Positions 37,280 through 49,775 of a DNA stretch of 64,000 nucleotides are shown here, piece by piece (the stretch's first letter is position 1; each line of letters starts with the position of its first letter). The position numbers and the translations under genes are program-made. The notes below the pieces were generated by a model, which saw nothing but the letters and a program-made list of their open reading frames with translations, was not told the origin of the DNA and searched no databases. The DNA is taken from positions 70,179,273 through 70,243,272 of the forward strand of contig NC_068983.1 of the NCBI RefSeq assembly GCF_001194135.2, read 5' to 3'. Source of the stretch: Octopus bimaculoides. Lineage: Eukaryota.

Positions 37280-38760
37280 AGTAGTTAGATATTATTTATT
37301 GTGATTCAGATACTGGGGAAAACTAACGAAGGCCTGGAATATGGTGGAGGTATCAACAAGACTTGTATTATATAATAAAATTGACAAAAAATTATGGTGA
37401 ACTGGCTGTGAAGAGTAGAAAATCTGTTTTGGACAGACTCCTTCTTCAGGGAAAAGTTGACAAGAGAAATTAAGGAAAGACAGCCAGAGTTTTACATGCT
37501 CTAAGTTAGAAAAACTGGCTGCAGTTGATAAAGAAACAGGAGCTTCATCAATAGACAGAAAGTAGTTGGAGAGAGAAAGTGGGTAAGAGAGATAGAGGGA
37601 AAGAGAAATGTATTGAAGAGAGAAGTGGGTGAAGGCAAGTGAGAGGTGAAAGGAAAAGATGAGGTGAGAGGGGAGTTGAGGGATTAGAAAGGGTATAATG
37701 AAATAAGATGAGGTGTAGGAGTAGAATGGAAAACATTTAAGCCTGTCAGTGACATGGTACCAGATTTGAATATGAAACCTTGTTACCTCCATTTCCTTGA
37801 ATATATGGATCCATAATGGTTGGAAATGCTGCACACTGGTGAGTGAGTGATGGATTGGATTGTTGTGTGAAAGTAGGTCACAACAGGTTGGCCTGGCATA
37901 TATATCAGTATGCTTTGAATGTGCTTCTGAAGGTAATCAATAAGATGTCAGCCTGTTTGCCTTAATATACTGCAGAGTTTGTATATGATACACTATGTAA
38001 GATTGGATGATGTGCAACGGAAGCCCTGAGTAATGCAATATTATGACTAGGGCCCACTGACTGTGGTAGTGTTGTTGATGTAGGAGCAGTTGTTGCATCA
38101 TTGGTGAGTGCATTTAAAAGTACCTAATTGTGTGGAGCTTGGTGCTGTGAAGCTTTTTAGTTGGTGGTTGCTTAGGTTCTTATCTTGTATGGAAGTGAGG
38201 AGAGGTAGTACTGGAAAGTAAACTTCAAAAGTTATAGATGTGTTTATCCTGCAAGAGAAGCATAGATGGGTGGAAGATGACAGATAATAGAATACAGTCT
38301 GCAGGTGCATGTAAAATGAGTATGAGTGCAGTGGCATGATTGATGTCCTGGACTTGGTGGAGTGCAGAGTCCTCAACTGATCGAGTATAACCTTGATTCA
38401 GGAAGAATAGTCATATTCTTTTGCTTTGGGATTTGATATTCAAATTAGTGCTGCAGAAGAATTGAGGGTGAAGGAATTCAGAGAATGGCAGGGCATATTT
38501 AGTGTTTGAAGAGTAGTGGACATAGGAGTGGGAGTCAGTAAGCTTGTAGTGGGTGGAGGTAGACAGGTGGATATTATTTATAGTGATAGAGATATTGGGG
38601 AAAACTAACGAAGGCATGGAATATGGTAGAGGTAAATTCCAAGGCAAAGTGAAGGGAATTAATGAAAAAGATAAAATTATTGAGCTGTTTGGGGTGGTAA
38701 CACTGACCAATCATCAATATAATGACCATACACTGGGCCCATCCCAGGGCTGGTCTACCA
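37280..38760 (-). mobile_element. Decayed Penelope-like element (RT C-terminus + GIY-YIG endonuclease region + 3' UTR + partial tandem copy)
   Basis: Minus-strand peptides LNNFIFFINSLHFALEFT, LSTSTHYKLTDSHSYVHYSS, LPFSEFL, then FKCTHQ*CNNCSYI and FRCTSSNLT*CIIYKLC (GIY-YIG context). Degenerate hammerhead CCTGAAGAAGGAGTCTGTCCAAAAC at 37426-37450. RT segment repeated at ~37300-37350 vs ~38580-38630. Confidence 0.75.
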
Positions 38761-38788
38761 ATATCTGCAATTTGAACAACCTTTTCAT

Positions 38789-38986
38789 ACACTGAGTGCC
38801 AAGGGGAAATGTGTAAATTGGTCCCATGTGCCACATGGTTTTTTCAAATTCGTATAATATTTCAGTTGTGTACAATAGCTGTATACATTTCATTTTTTGA
38901 TGAGAAAACATGTATACCATATATGTATACGTGGCACATTTGTAAAGTGCCATGTATGCATATATTGTATACATGGCACTCAGTGT
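38789..38986. mobile_element. Short MITE with 13-bp TIRs
   Basis: ACACTGAGTGCCA ... TGGCACTCAGTGT plus internal hairpin GTGCCATGTAT...ATACATGGCAC. TSD not clear. Confidence 0.5.
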
Positions 38987-40779
38987 GTTAAACAAGTTGT
39001 ATCATTTTCAGTATAACCTCATATGTATATGTTTGTGTGTGTGTGTGGGGGGGGGGGGTCAGCCTCAACATTATATATCCAGATTCCATGTTGAATACAC
39101 ATGCACACACATATGCACCCACACATGCGTCTGCCCCCCCCACACACACACACACACTTACACACATGCACATACATACACATGTATTCAGACATAAGGA
39201 ATAATGAAGGCTATGGGTGTATGAAAATAAGAACTGTAAGAAACTGTTATCAATTGTCCATATTTAACTGGAGAACATAATTAAAAATAGGACCAGGTGG
39301 AGACAGTTTATGAGAAAGGAAAGAATTTAAAATGATGCATTATGTGAGCTAAGCTATATGCTGCAATGCATTACAATTCTATCTTATTTCTATGGTAGAC
39401 AAAAATTGCATACAAATTTTATTTTAACAATAAAATTTTATTTTCTCCAAGAAGTAAAATCTTTATATTTTTTCCGAATAAAATTAAAAAGGAATTGCAT
39501 GCTGAAAAGGAATGAAACTAACAATAAAAACTTCAACTCATAAACCAAATTAAAGCAAACATGATAAAGTGAGACAGAATGATTAGAGTATAGAATTAAT
39601 CAAACAATAGTAAATTTTGTCAGCTACTGGGAATGAAAGAATAGTAGAAAAAGATTCTTTAATATTAAGCAGTGTCACAGTCTAATAATAATTTTTTTTT
39701 TTTCCTGTTAAGTCAGATTTACAGAATTATAGATTACAGATTGGTTAAAAGTAACAACAGGGAAGATAATGGTTTTCTCAGTTCTCATAAAATTGTCTCT
39801 GGTTATTTTGTCATTGGACGTTATGCAAGCAGGTGGAGACAATGAAACACATGCTTTGTTTAGAGTGAAAAGGAAAAAAAAGTGGCAGTCAGTTTAGGAT
39901 AAAATCAATAGTCCATCCGTCTTTGCTAATGTTTTCCACGAAAAAATATCAGCTTTCATTTTGACTTTATCACTAAAAGAGAAAAAGAAATATCAGTGAA
40001 GTGAAAACCAACAATAGCCACATTTATAGTTGAAAGATTGGGTGAAATTTCCTGAAAACCTACAAATTAATTGAATTTGTGGCAATTTAATTTTTTTTTA
40101 TTTTTGTATTAGTAGACAAAATCAAATGGTGGCTTTTGTTCAGTAATCATTAAAAGTGTTTATATCCCCCTTTATATCTTATATCTTTTACTTGTTTCGG
40201 TCAGTGGTCTGTGGTCATGCTGGAGCACTGCCTTGAAGAGTTTTTTTGGCGAGTGAATTGACCCTACTATTTATTTTTTTGAAGTCTGGTACTTGTTGTA
40301 TTTGTCTCTTTTACTGAACCACCAAGTTACGGAAACATAAACACTGGTTGTCAAGTGGTGGTTGGGGACAATCACAAACACAAAAACACACACATGAACA
40401 TGGATATATATACATAAATCCATACATGCATGCATACATACACACACATACACACACACACATACACACACACACACACACACACATACACACACACACA
40501 CATGGTTAGGGTGTTGTACTCACGATTGCAAGATCATGGGTTCAATTCACCAGACCGGGCATTGTGTTGCTTTCTTGAACAAAACATCTCATTTCACGTT
40601 GCTCTGTGATCATTTCAACATCTGACATGTGGCACTCATTGCACCTCTACACAAACATTTAAACATTTGATCACTATAAACAAATCATTTGTGTGGTTGT
40701 TCGGTAAGAAATTGTTGAACCCTCATACATCGTCTAATGACAGGAGAGTCCATCATTTATATATATACATGTAGATATG

Positions 40780-40829
<50 letters not shown>

Positions 40830-40863
40830 TGCATATGAATGTGTGTGTGAGTGTGTATGTATG

Positions 40864-40901
<38 letters not shown>

Positions 40902-41824
40902 CATGCATATGTCTATTCATGCATGTATATTTATCTCTCTTCATGTCCAAACACCTTAGGGACTCATTGCTTAGACAAATAAGGGAGAATGCTCACATAA
41001 ATGTGACATTACCAATGCTGAATTCGAAATATACATAGTAGGTAGAACTTCAATGCCACTGTTATCACCCAAGCAATAGGCATATGTGGATGTGCCCATG
41101 TGGGTAGGCAGGTAGATATGTAGGTAGGTAGGTAGGTAAGTAGGTAGGCATGTTGGTAAGTAGGTAGGTGGGTATGTATGATTTATACAAAGGATATGGT
41201 TAGAACAACAGCAGGGTACAGGTAAGCCCATACAAATACTTACATGTAAATATGTACAAACCTGATACACATCTATACACATCCACATACATGCATAGAT
41301 AGCCATGGATGGACACACACACACACACATGCACAGTTACACACACAAGCACAGTTACACACACATGTGCACTGAAGCACACACATGCATAGATGCAGGA
41401 ACACACATACACACAGATATTTGCATAATAAAAAAAGAACACCAGCACATGCTGGAATACGCTCAAATAAGAAAACACTTGCACGTTTACACACACACAC
41501 ATGCACATACACACACGAACCTACACACTCACTCACAGAACTGACTCAACTACATGAACAAGCACACTAAACTACATGCACTCACACACTCATGCACATA
41601 CATACACCCACAGACACTCACGCACAATCACACATACACATGTCCACACACACAGATGCTCACACACACACACACACACACATACACATCTACCCTGTTC
41701 TCTCCTTCTCACCTCACATAAAAGAACTACACTCTAAAGCCATAAATTCTCAGCAGACACAAGACTGACTAATAACAAAAGGGACAAAAGAATGACCCTT
41801 TAAAGTGGTCATGGATGGCTTAGG

Positions 41825-41855
<31 letters not shown>

Positions 41856-43347
41856 AGGCACAGGCAAGAAGTTACATTAGTGTACACACACAACCACACA
41901 TACATGCATATGCATGCGCACATACACACATACATGCACATACACAAACCTTTTGTTTATTTTCACCCTCACCTCCTCTTCTAAACAAACATGTTTACAC
42001 ACACACTTACAGACATGCATACTCACAGACATAAAACCAATTCTCCGACAGATGCAAAGCAGACCTTTGAGCAAAAAGGGAAGTCACCAAGTTTCAAACA
42101 GCTGCAAAAGAACTTTGACTAATAAACAACTGATTGATAGTTTAACCAACACATTAAACAAATAATTGATTAGTTAGTTGGTTAGATATTTAACCAATTG
42201 AGTAACAGTAAAGAAGTGGAATTGAACCTATGCTTGTGTTATTATTGGTCTTATGACTCCCCCAAGACACAACAAAATCTCTTCATATGCACGCTTACAT
42301 ATATTTATATATTTGCGTATGGATGGATGTATTGTGTGTATGGATGCATGTTTGTATATGTGTGTGTGTGTGTGTGTCATTTATGTATGCATGTGTGTAA
42401 TGTTTGTATCTATGCATGTATATAATGTATGTGTCTATGCATGTATTTATGTATAGGTGCACATAGCACATAAACACATACTGTGTAGATTGACTACCTT
42501 CGCAAAATTTGGCATTTGTATATTACCTGAAGACAGTGTTTTATATAACATTCTATTGACCTTTAATTGGAAGTTCTAATGAGCATCATATCCCATTTAG
42601 AATTTTGGATCTGCCACTGGTGATTTCAACTCCATATTGCTGCAATGACAAGGCAGTGTTCATCATAGAAGGAACTGAACTCAGTCATGCAAACTAATGA
42701 ATATTAAGTTCCAGGGATGATACTTAAACTATTGGCTCTTCAACCAATAATAGTTCAATATTCACGCTCTGTTAATTCACACATATGTCATTCAGATAAT
42801 ACTTAATTCAACATAAAATAGAAACTAGCACTCATCTGGTAGCTGTGAAACCTTCAAGTAAGGAATACACTTTATTTATGAAGGTTTGTTTCATCACAGC
42901 TTGTTAAATGTTGATGACAAGACTATCACCTATTACTATTTCATTGTTATATGATTAGTGAACTTATCATCATCATCATTGTTCTCATCAACAAAATAAT
43001 AATAATCATTATCATTTCAATGTTCATTTGTCCATACTAGCCTGTGTTTGAGATGAAGTTAACAAAACGCATAGCTTAATCCATTTTGGTACTGGGCTGT
43101 TTATTGTATGAGGTTCAATCTCTGATGATCTGACCTAACTTCTCATGTTTTTACATCTAATGCATACATCAGTTGTTGCTAAAAGCCACACTTTCAGCTT
43201 ACATGTGCTTTGCTTCTCATCCAAGTTAATATGACATACACAAAACTTGACTAACTCCTCTCCAATCTCAGTAGATCCTCCATATTTAGTATTCTTGTCT
43301 CCTTACCATGTAGCATCTCACCTCTTTTTCTTACTAATTCATATAAA

Positions 43348-44768
43348 CTAGCTGGACCCGTGAAAAAATTCATGGATAATTTAAATATTGTCCAATGAAT
43401 AGTTATCATATACAATATAATATATATAATATAATATAATAAATTATTGTGTGAAAGTATATATTAAATACATCCATTACAGCACTTCTCTATATACAGT
43501 GTTTCTAGTGTAGGTGATTCCCCTTCTGCGACCATGAGTGGATTCATTTTGAGGTGTCACTTTAACCCTCACACTGTTCATCGCCCTTACTCTTGAAAAA
43601 GCTACGTGAAGCTGGAAATGAGTGAAGCATGGCTGTGGCAAGTGTATGCCAACTCTATCAAATGTTTGCCCCTGTGTTTTATTGATTGTCATAGAATAAG
43701 ACAGATGAACTGGGAACTGGGTTCGATGAGAATGAATGGAATGTTTGCATTGCTTGGAGTAAGTTTGATTCTTGGAATCAGTACTCTCATGTGAGAATGA
43801 GATCCACTTATAATTGGTGCTTCGATCCTATGCTCATGGAGCTGAAGTACTTCCAAGGGAATTCCGTTGCATAGAGCTTATGTTATAGAGAGGTTTGTAA
43901 GAAGCATAATAATTGCTCCAACTTTTAAGTTAAGGCGATGGGGAAGCATTCCATAAGATGTAAGAGAGTTTATAAACTCCATGGGATAATTCTGGGTTTC
44001 TTCATTATCAGAAATTACTGAGTCAGTGCTTAGATGTGTCTTAGTTTCAGTGGGCAATCTATTTAGAATTTCTTTATTAACTGCTAAGCAGTCGAATTTT
44101 TAGGGGATAAGATCACTCTAGTTTTCATTTCTTCTATTGTACAGTTGTCAAATATATCAGATACCAAAGAATTGTTACTTATGCAGACCTCAGGAATATC
44201 AATAGTATCTTCTGTGAGGTTAACAAGAGAGCTTTGACAAAATCCACTTCCAAGTTGTAGTAGCCACCTCGAAAAATCTTGTTCATTTGCATTTGTTCTC
44301 ATGTTTTGCGTAAGTTGCATTTGATGAAAATTATCCCACATAGTGGAGCATTTGAGGCAAGCATCAAGTACAGCTGCAGGAGGAACTCTGGGAATAACTT
44401 GAAGAACTTGTCTAAAATCTCCTTCTAGTACGATAATTTTCCCACCAAATATACTATTACTATTCATATCTCTTAAACAATTATCTATAGCTTTCATAGC
44501 ATAAACTGGTATCAGTGAAGCTTCATCAATAATGAAGACTTTTACTCACCTAAGTATATTTCCTTGATCAGAATTTGGTGGAACATTGCACACACTTGTC
44601 TCACTCAAAGGAGCTGAAAGCTTGAATATATTGTGAAAAGTTTTACCACCTTTCAAGAGTGTTGCAGCAATACCAATCCAGAAGCCAAGGGAAATAATTC
44701 AAATTTAATCCTGACTTATCTCCCTTAGTGTGACAAACACAAACGGTACAAGCGTATTAATATATAGA
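43348..44768 (-). mobile_element. Internally deleted Helitron with both termini and a decayed PIF1-like helicase
   Basis: Minus-strand 5' end A|TCTATATATT at 44768. 3' end: hairpin CCATGAA-TTTT-TTCACGG, 6 nt, CTAG|T at 43348. Helicase motifs IAATLLKGGKT, FIIDEAS, FGGKIIVLEGDFRQVL, LTQNMR, MTINKTQGQT, QLHVAFSRV, YTRNTVYREVL*. Rep domain absent. Confidence 0.9.
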
Positions 44769-47672
44769 TTACTTTTTTGCATAGAAAGAGGAAGTCTCTT
44801 CTACAGTGGATAGAGCATCTTTCTGAGCTGCCTGAATAGTTCATGGACTACATTGCATGAGTGTCCCTATTTCTAGTTACTCTTTTATATCAAGCATATT
44901 TGGCATTATGGTGCTCTGTCAGTCTGCCAGAGATTCCATTGTGTCTTTTGTGTACCTATTGCTTGAATTAAGTATGCATTATTATCAATAAAAAGAGCAA
45001 AATCAGAAATCAACAAATTTGTGAAAACTATTCACCCATGAAATTACTAAAACTTTAGGTGCAAAATGTTAGAAAATATGAAAAACAAAATTTTCTAGTT
45101 TGTAAGCTGTTTTGGATTTGGAAAAAGAATATTATAATTTACTTTCCTTTAACAATCAGTATTTCATTCTGACCAATTTTTCATAAAACAGCAACCTTGT
45201 AGAAATTCTATTTTTTATTTACTATGGTGATGTCACAGTACTCTATACATTTACTTTTGTTTTCTTTCAAATGTTCACACCATTTTACAACTATTCCAAT
45301 CAGTCAATTGAATTGGATGTCTTTTAGCATTTTATTGTGTGTACCTATATACTTGAATGTAATTCTTATCTAAAATTCTTTACATGACAAAATTTCAACA
45401 TTCTGGACTGTATTCTCCACACAAAAAAAAAAAAAGCCATTCATCTAACTGGTAAACTTTTACTAACCAGCTACAAACACTGATGTGCACTTTTTTTCAG
45501 ACTATCCTTTAACTATCCTTTCCAATAAAGAATACACTGATTGAAGAAAATGATGAATTATTTACACCTGGTATGCCTTTGATCATCAGTCTTCTCAGTC
45601 AGATCCAACTTGAAGTTATAACAACAACCGGCATTATTCCTACTACATTGGTTGCTGTACCTCTGTACTAAAAGGCTGTTTAACATTTACCTGAGTTCAA
45701 TTAATTCACTTGTCTCCCATCCTTTTTCCAAAGTTATGATATCTCATCTTCTTTAATTGACACACTTCGCCCTGTCTGCAGTCCTCTCGAACCACCTCCC
45801 AGCTCACTTGCGGAGCATTAAGCTGGAAATCCAGTAACATCAGCTTCACTAGTTTGCAAAATCTATGAGAAACATATTTTTTGGTAGTAAAATCTTGTGA
45901 CTTAAATTAAAACATCGGATTGAAGTTTCACCTCTATTCTATTAAAGCTGATTGATATATGTAAATAAACTATTGGAGTTCTAGAGCAAATGTGTTTTTA
46001 CTATAATTATTACTGGTTATTTAGAGTTAGTTTGATAATAATCTCTCTTAGATTACAGTGAGAAAGGTGTTTATTCTCAGGTCAGACTTAGGATTAAAGG
46101 CATTCCAGTCATGATGCTCCTGGCTATGGTTATTCATACAAAGTGACCTGGAGTTATTCTATCCATTTTGTCTATTTTCTAAGACAGAATGATTTGACTG
46201 CTTTTTTCTAGTATCTTGAGTGACCACAAAGAAATTCTTTTTCTCTGATAGTTCATAGTTTTATTTCAAATCCAGCATTTTTCTCACATAGAGCCTACCA
46301 AATGAATGTGGTATTTGATTTGATCTGCTTTCGTTTACAAAAGAATTAACAGTTAAAAAATCTTTTTTTAAAACCTTCTCTAAGTTTCTTAAAACAGTAT
46401 TTATTAAATTGTTTCAGATGATTTCTAGCATTTAACTGATTTATCTGGAAACTCAATTGTATTAAAGAAGGCATAGATGTTACAACTATTTTTTTCTTAC
46501 ATCATATTTCGAAGTACAATTAATCAATGTAAAGTATGCAGTGTACTTCACATGAATGGATGGTTTCTCTGTCATGCTATTAAATCTTTCTAATAAAACC
46601 TTTGGACAGTTGCTAACTTATACTTCTCATCTCTAAAATTTTATCTAAAGTATTTTTTTATTTATTGTATACTGACCACTTCTTATCTCTTTGTGATTCA
46701 ATACCTTCCATTGCTATGGGCCTTCTTAATTCTTCATCTCATCTGTAAAATGTTACTTTTATCTCACAGACATGAAAAGAATAGTAGTTTTAGAAGACTT
46801 TGCTCTAGACACTGTCATTTTATAGATACATATTACATTTACCATTGATTTCTTTCCTTCATTTACATGTATTTATTCTCTATCATGCAGTTAACTGTTT
46901 CACAACAAAATATATCAATATCCTATTTCCTAGAACTTTCTCAATGCAACAAAAAATTTCATTCACCTGGTCTTTTATACTACAAATAAATGAATGCCTA
47001 CTTGCAAGCTCTCACACTTCTGTTGCTTTTCACTGACTCTTTCTAAATCAGATCTGAGTATATCTGCCTCTGTTAATATCTCTTTGTAACTTTCATATCA
47101 GTTCTCTATTATGAGCATATTTGTATAGTTAGTATTTTTTATTTTTCCTAAAAAGCATCTCAAATATTTTTTTTTTTATAATGTACATTCTTTGCTTCAA
47201 AATATATCACATTACCAACAATCAAATATAAATTCAGTGGCAATCTTCTTTTTACTTATGAGAATATGGAAAGATTCTGGATTTATCTATTCAAGCATAA
47301 CACCACCTGCAATGAAAGCTGTTAGTCTATTAATTTGAAAATTTGGATACAATGTCTTAGCGAAAATATTTTACATATATCATTTTTTGAAAATATTATC
47401 TATTAATGAACAAAATGATGATATTTCAGAAAATACTTGTCATGTTTCATGTATCAGTTGAGAAGTACTCTGGCAGTTAAGTCTCACTGCAATCATATCT
47501 CTTCTGTTTTTAATCTATAGCATTTGGTTGAAAGTTTGGGAAAGTTTTGAAGTTGTTTTCGTTTGGAAGCGTTAAATAATCTGTGACGGCCAAGTTGGAG
47601 GAATTGTGCTGCAGTAGTAGTTGTATAGCAGAGTTTGATGATATCATTCCAAATTATGGCCTATATTATCTG

Positions 47673-48947
47673 ATGGAAGAAGAAAATAGCGATAAAACGA
47701 ACCCTTATCGAAGTTCTCGTGATTCAGATATGTATGACAGGCTTGATTCTAGGGAAGGTGCCAAGCACATGTCACAGCCTGACTATAGTGTCAACCCTCA
47801 GACATTATTGGAAAACTATGTGGAGAAGAAAGTTCGTTTTGCTGGAGTGATTCCAGATGTGCAGATTGATGATGTCACAAACAGAACAGATGTATTACGC
47901 ATTATTGATGAAGGCAAGAAACAAGGCAGAGTCCATCATCGGACAACAGATAAGGAGCATGGCACTTGCTTCACACTCAATGTACACAACATAAAGCTGA
48001 CCTGCAAAGATGAGTTGCTACTTCGTATCTGCATCCATGAGATAGCAGCAGTGTGTTACATCAAAGACGACAACGACTACATTCTACCGATTAAATACGG
48101 AGTTCCAGAGAAATGTAACTTGGCTGTACTTTATGTTGACGACAAGATGCAAGCTGAAGAAATTTGTGCATTGGTCAACCAATGTTTCCAGCTTGTTTAT
48201 GCCGATGTAGCCATTCAGTTCATCAACATCAACTNNNNNNNNNNTTTCCAGCTTGTTTATGCCGATGTAGCCATTCAGTTCATCAACATCAACTTAAATG
48301 GTGCTTTCGGAACATCAGTGCCTTCTTCAAACACACAGAGTGACTCCACCACTATTAACAATGCCCAAGACACAGCACTGAAACCATCGTATATAAAAAC
48401 AAAAGACCAGAACCTTACCAAGAACAACACTTCATCCTACAGCCGTTCCCCAAAAGCATCCAAGCACACAATTAGTGGAACCACCGAAAGTGAGATTAGT
48501 CTGACTGGTGGTGATTATTCTGAGGTCATTCAAGATTATCTGAAGAAGCTGCACAAATGCCTCACCAAAACAGAACTGTGTCAGTTTGCTGTTCTGCTCA
48601 CTGCCCGACAGAAAGGTGCAACCACAGGAGAATTTTGCAAAGAAGTTTTCAATTTGTTCGGACAAGAAAGGAAACATATGATGACTGGCATGGGTCCTTT
48701 CATAGAAGCAAAAGACTATCATGTGTTTGAAGAATTCCTGTCTAAAAATTCTATGGCGCTTCCAGCAAATGGCCATGGTATCATCTCCAGCTTCCACAGC
48801 AATTCTCAGCTCTGCAAAGACAACAGCATTACAACTCACTCAATAAACAGCGGAGATATGGATGAATTTGATCGAATGATGGACTGCATCTCAGATCAGA
48901 TCGATAACATGGAGAACAGTGTCGATGTGGACAGCTTTGTGTCATGA
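47673..48947 (+). CDS. CCM2: CCM2/malcavernin-like scaffold protein (PTB domain + C-terminal harmonin-homology domain), single-exon ORF nested in the RGS intron
   Basis: First ATG after in-frame TAA (47577) gives MEEENS..., like the MEEE start of CCM2. PTB motifs LLENYVEKKVRFAG, NRTDVLRIID, LLRICIHEIAAVCYIKDD, AEEICALVNQCFQLVY. HHD motif EVIQDYLKKLHKCLTKTELCQFAVLL...GMGPFIEAKDYHVFEEFL. C-terminal DEFDRMMDCISDQI. A 50-nt duplication around a 10-N gap adds 60 artefactual nt; true length about 404 aa. Confidence 0.92.
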   Translation: MEEENSDKTNPYRSSRDSDMYDRLDSREGAKHMSQPDYSVNPQTLLENYVEKKVRFAGVIPDVQIDDVTNRTDVLRIIDEGKKQGRVHHRTTDKEHGTCFTLNVHNIKLTCKDELLLRICIHEIAAVCYIKDDNDYILPIKYGVPEKCNLAVLYVDDKMQAEEICALVNQCFQLVYADVAIQFININXXXXFQLVYADVAIQFININLNGAFGTSVPSSNTQSDSTTINNAQDTALKPSYIKTKDQNLTKNNTSSYSRSPKASKHTISGTTESEISLTGGDYSEVIQDYLKKLHKCLTKTELCQFAVLLTARQKGATTGEFCKEVFNLFGQERKHMMTGMGPFIEAKDYHVFEEFLSKNSMALPANGHGIISSFHSNSQLCKDNSITTHSINSGDMDEFDRMMDCISDQIDNMENSVDVDSFVS

Positions 48948-49775
48948 AATCTGACTTCCCCCCCACCCATATACAGACCTTCTTGCCTTCTCNNNNNNNN
49001 NNNNNNNNNNNNNNNNNNNNNNNNNNNNNNNNNNNNNNNNNNNNNNNNNNNNNNNNNNNNNNNNNNNNNNNNNNNNNNNNNNNNNNNNNNNNNNNNNNNN
49101 NNNNNNNNNNNNNNNNNNNNNNNNNNNNNNNNNNNNNNNNNNNNNNNNNNNNNNNNNNNNNNNNNNNNNNNNNNNNNNNNNNNNNNNNNNNNNNNNNNNN
49201 NNNNNNNNNNNNNNNNNNNNNNNNNNNNNNNNNNNNNNNNNNNNNNNNNNNNNNNNNNTTTTTTTTTGTTATATACAACTATCTTCCTTTCTCTCCCTCT
49301 CTCTCTTTCTAAAAGCACCCACTACACTCTCGGAGTGGTTGGCGTTAGGAAGGGCATCCAGCTGTAGAAACTCTGCCAAATTAGATTGGAGCCTGGTGTT
49401 GCCATCCGGTTTCACCAGTCCTCAGTCAAATCGTCCAACCCATGCTAGCAGATGTTAAACAATGATGATGATGATGATTTATCAGAAAAAAAAAGAAAAA
49501 AACTCCACAACTTCAGCAAATGAATCATTGCATCTGCAAAGCAAGAAAAATAGTAAACTAATGGATAAGTGATGCATTCTACTGTTTTATATATGGGAGA
49601 ATACCACTGTCTGAATTGCCTTTCCAAGATATCTCTGCTTAATACTCATATGACATAATTGATGCATGCTCCAAAGTGCAACCTCCTTGGCTTTAATTAT
49701 TTTTTAATTTCATTTATGTAGCCAATACTTAGTTTTTTTTATTCCTCCCAGTAATATTAATATATCTAATATATA

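Noticed and set aside
48185-48294. Apparent tandem duplication FQLVYADVAIQFININ in CCM2
   Set aside because: Identical 50 nt on each side of a 10-N gap: unmerged contig overlap.
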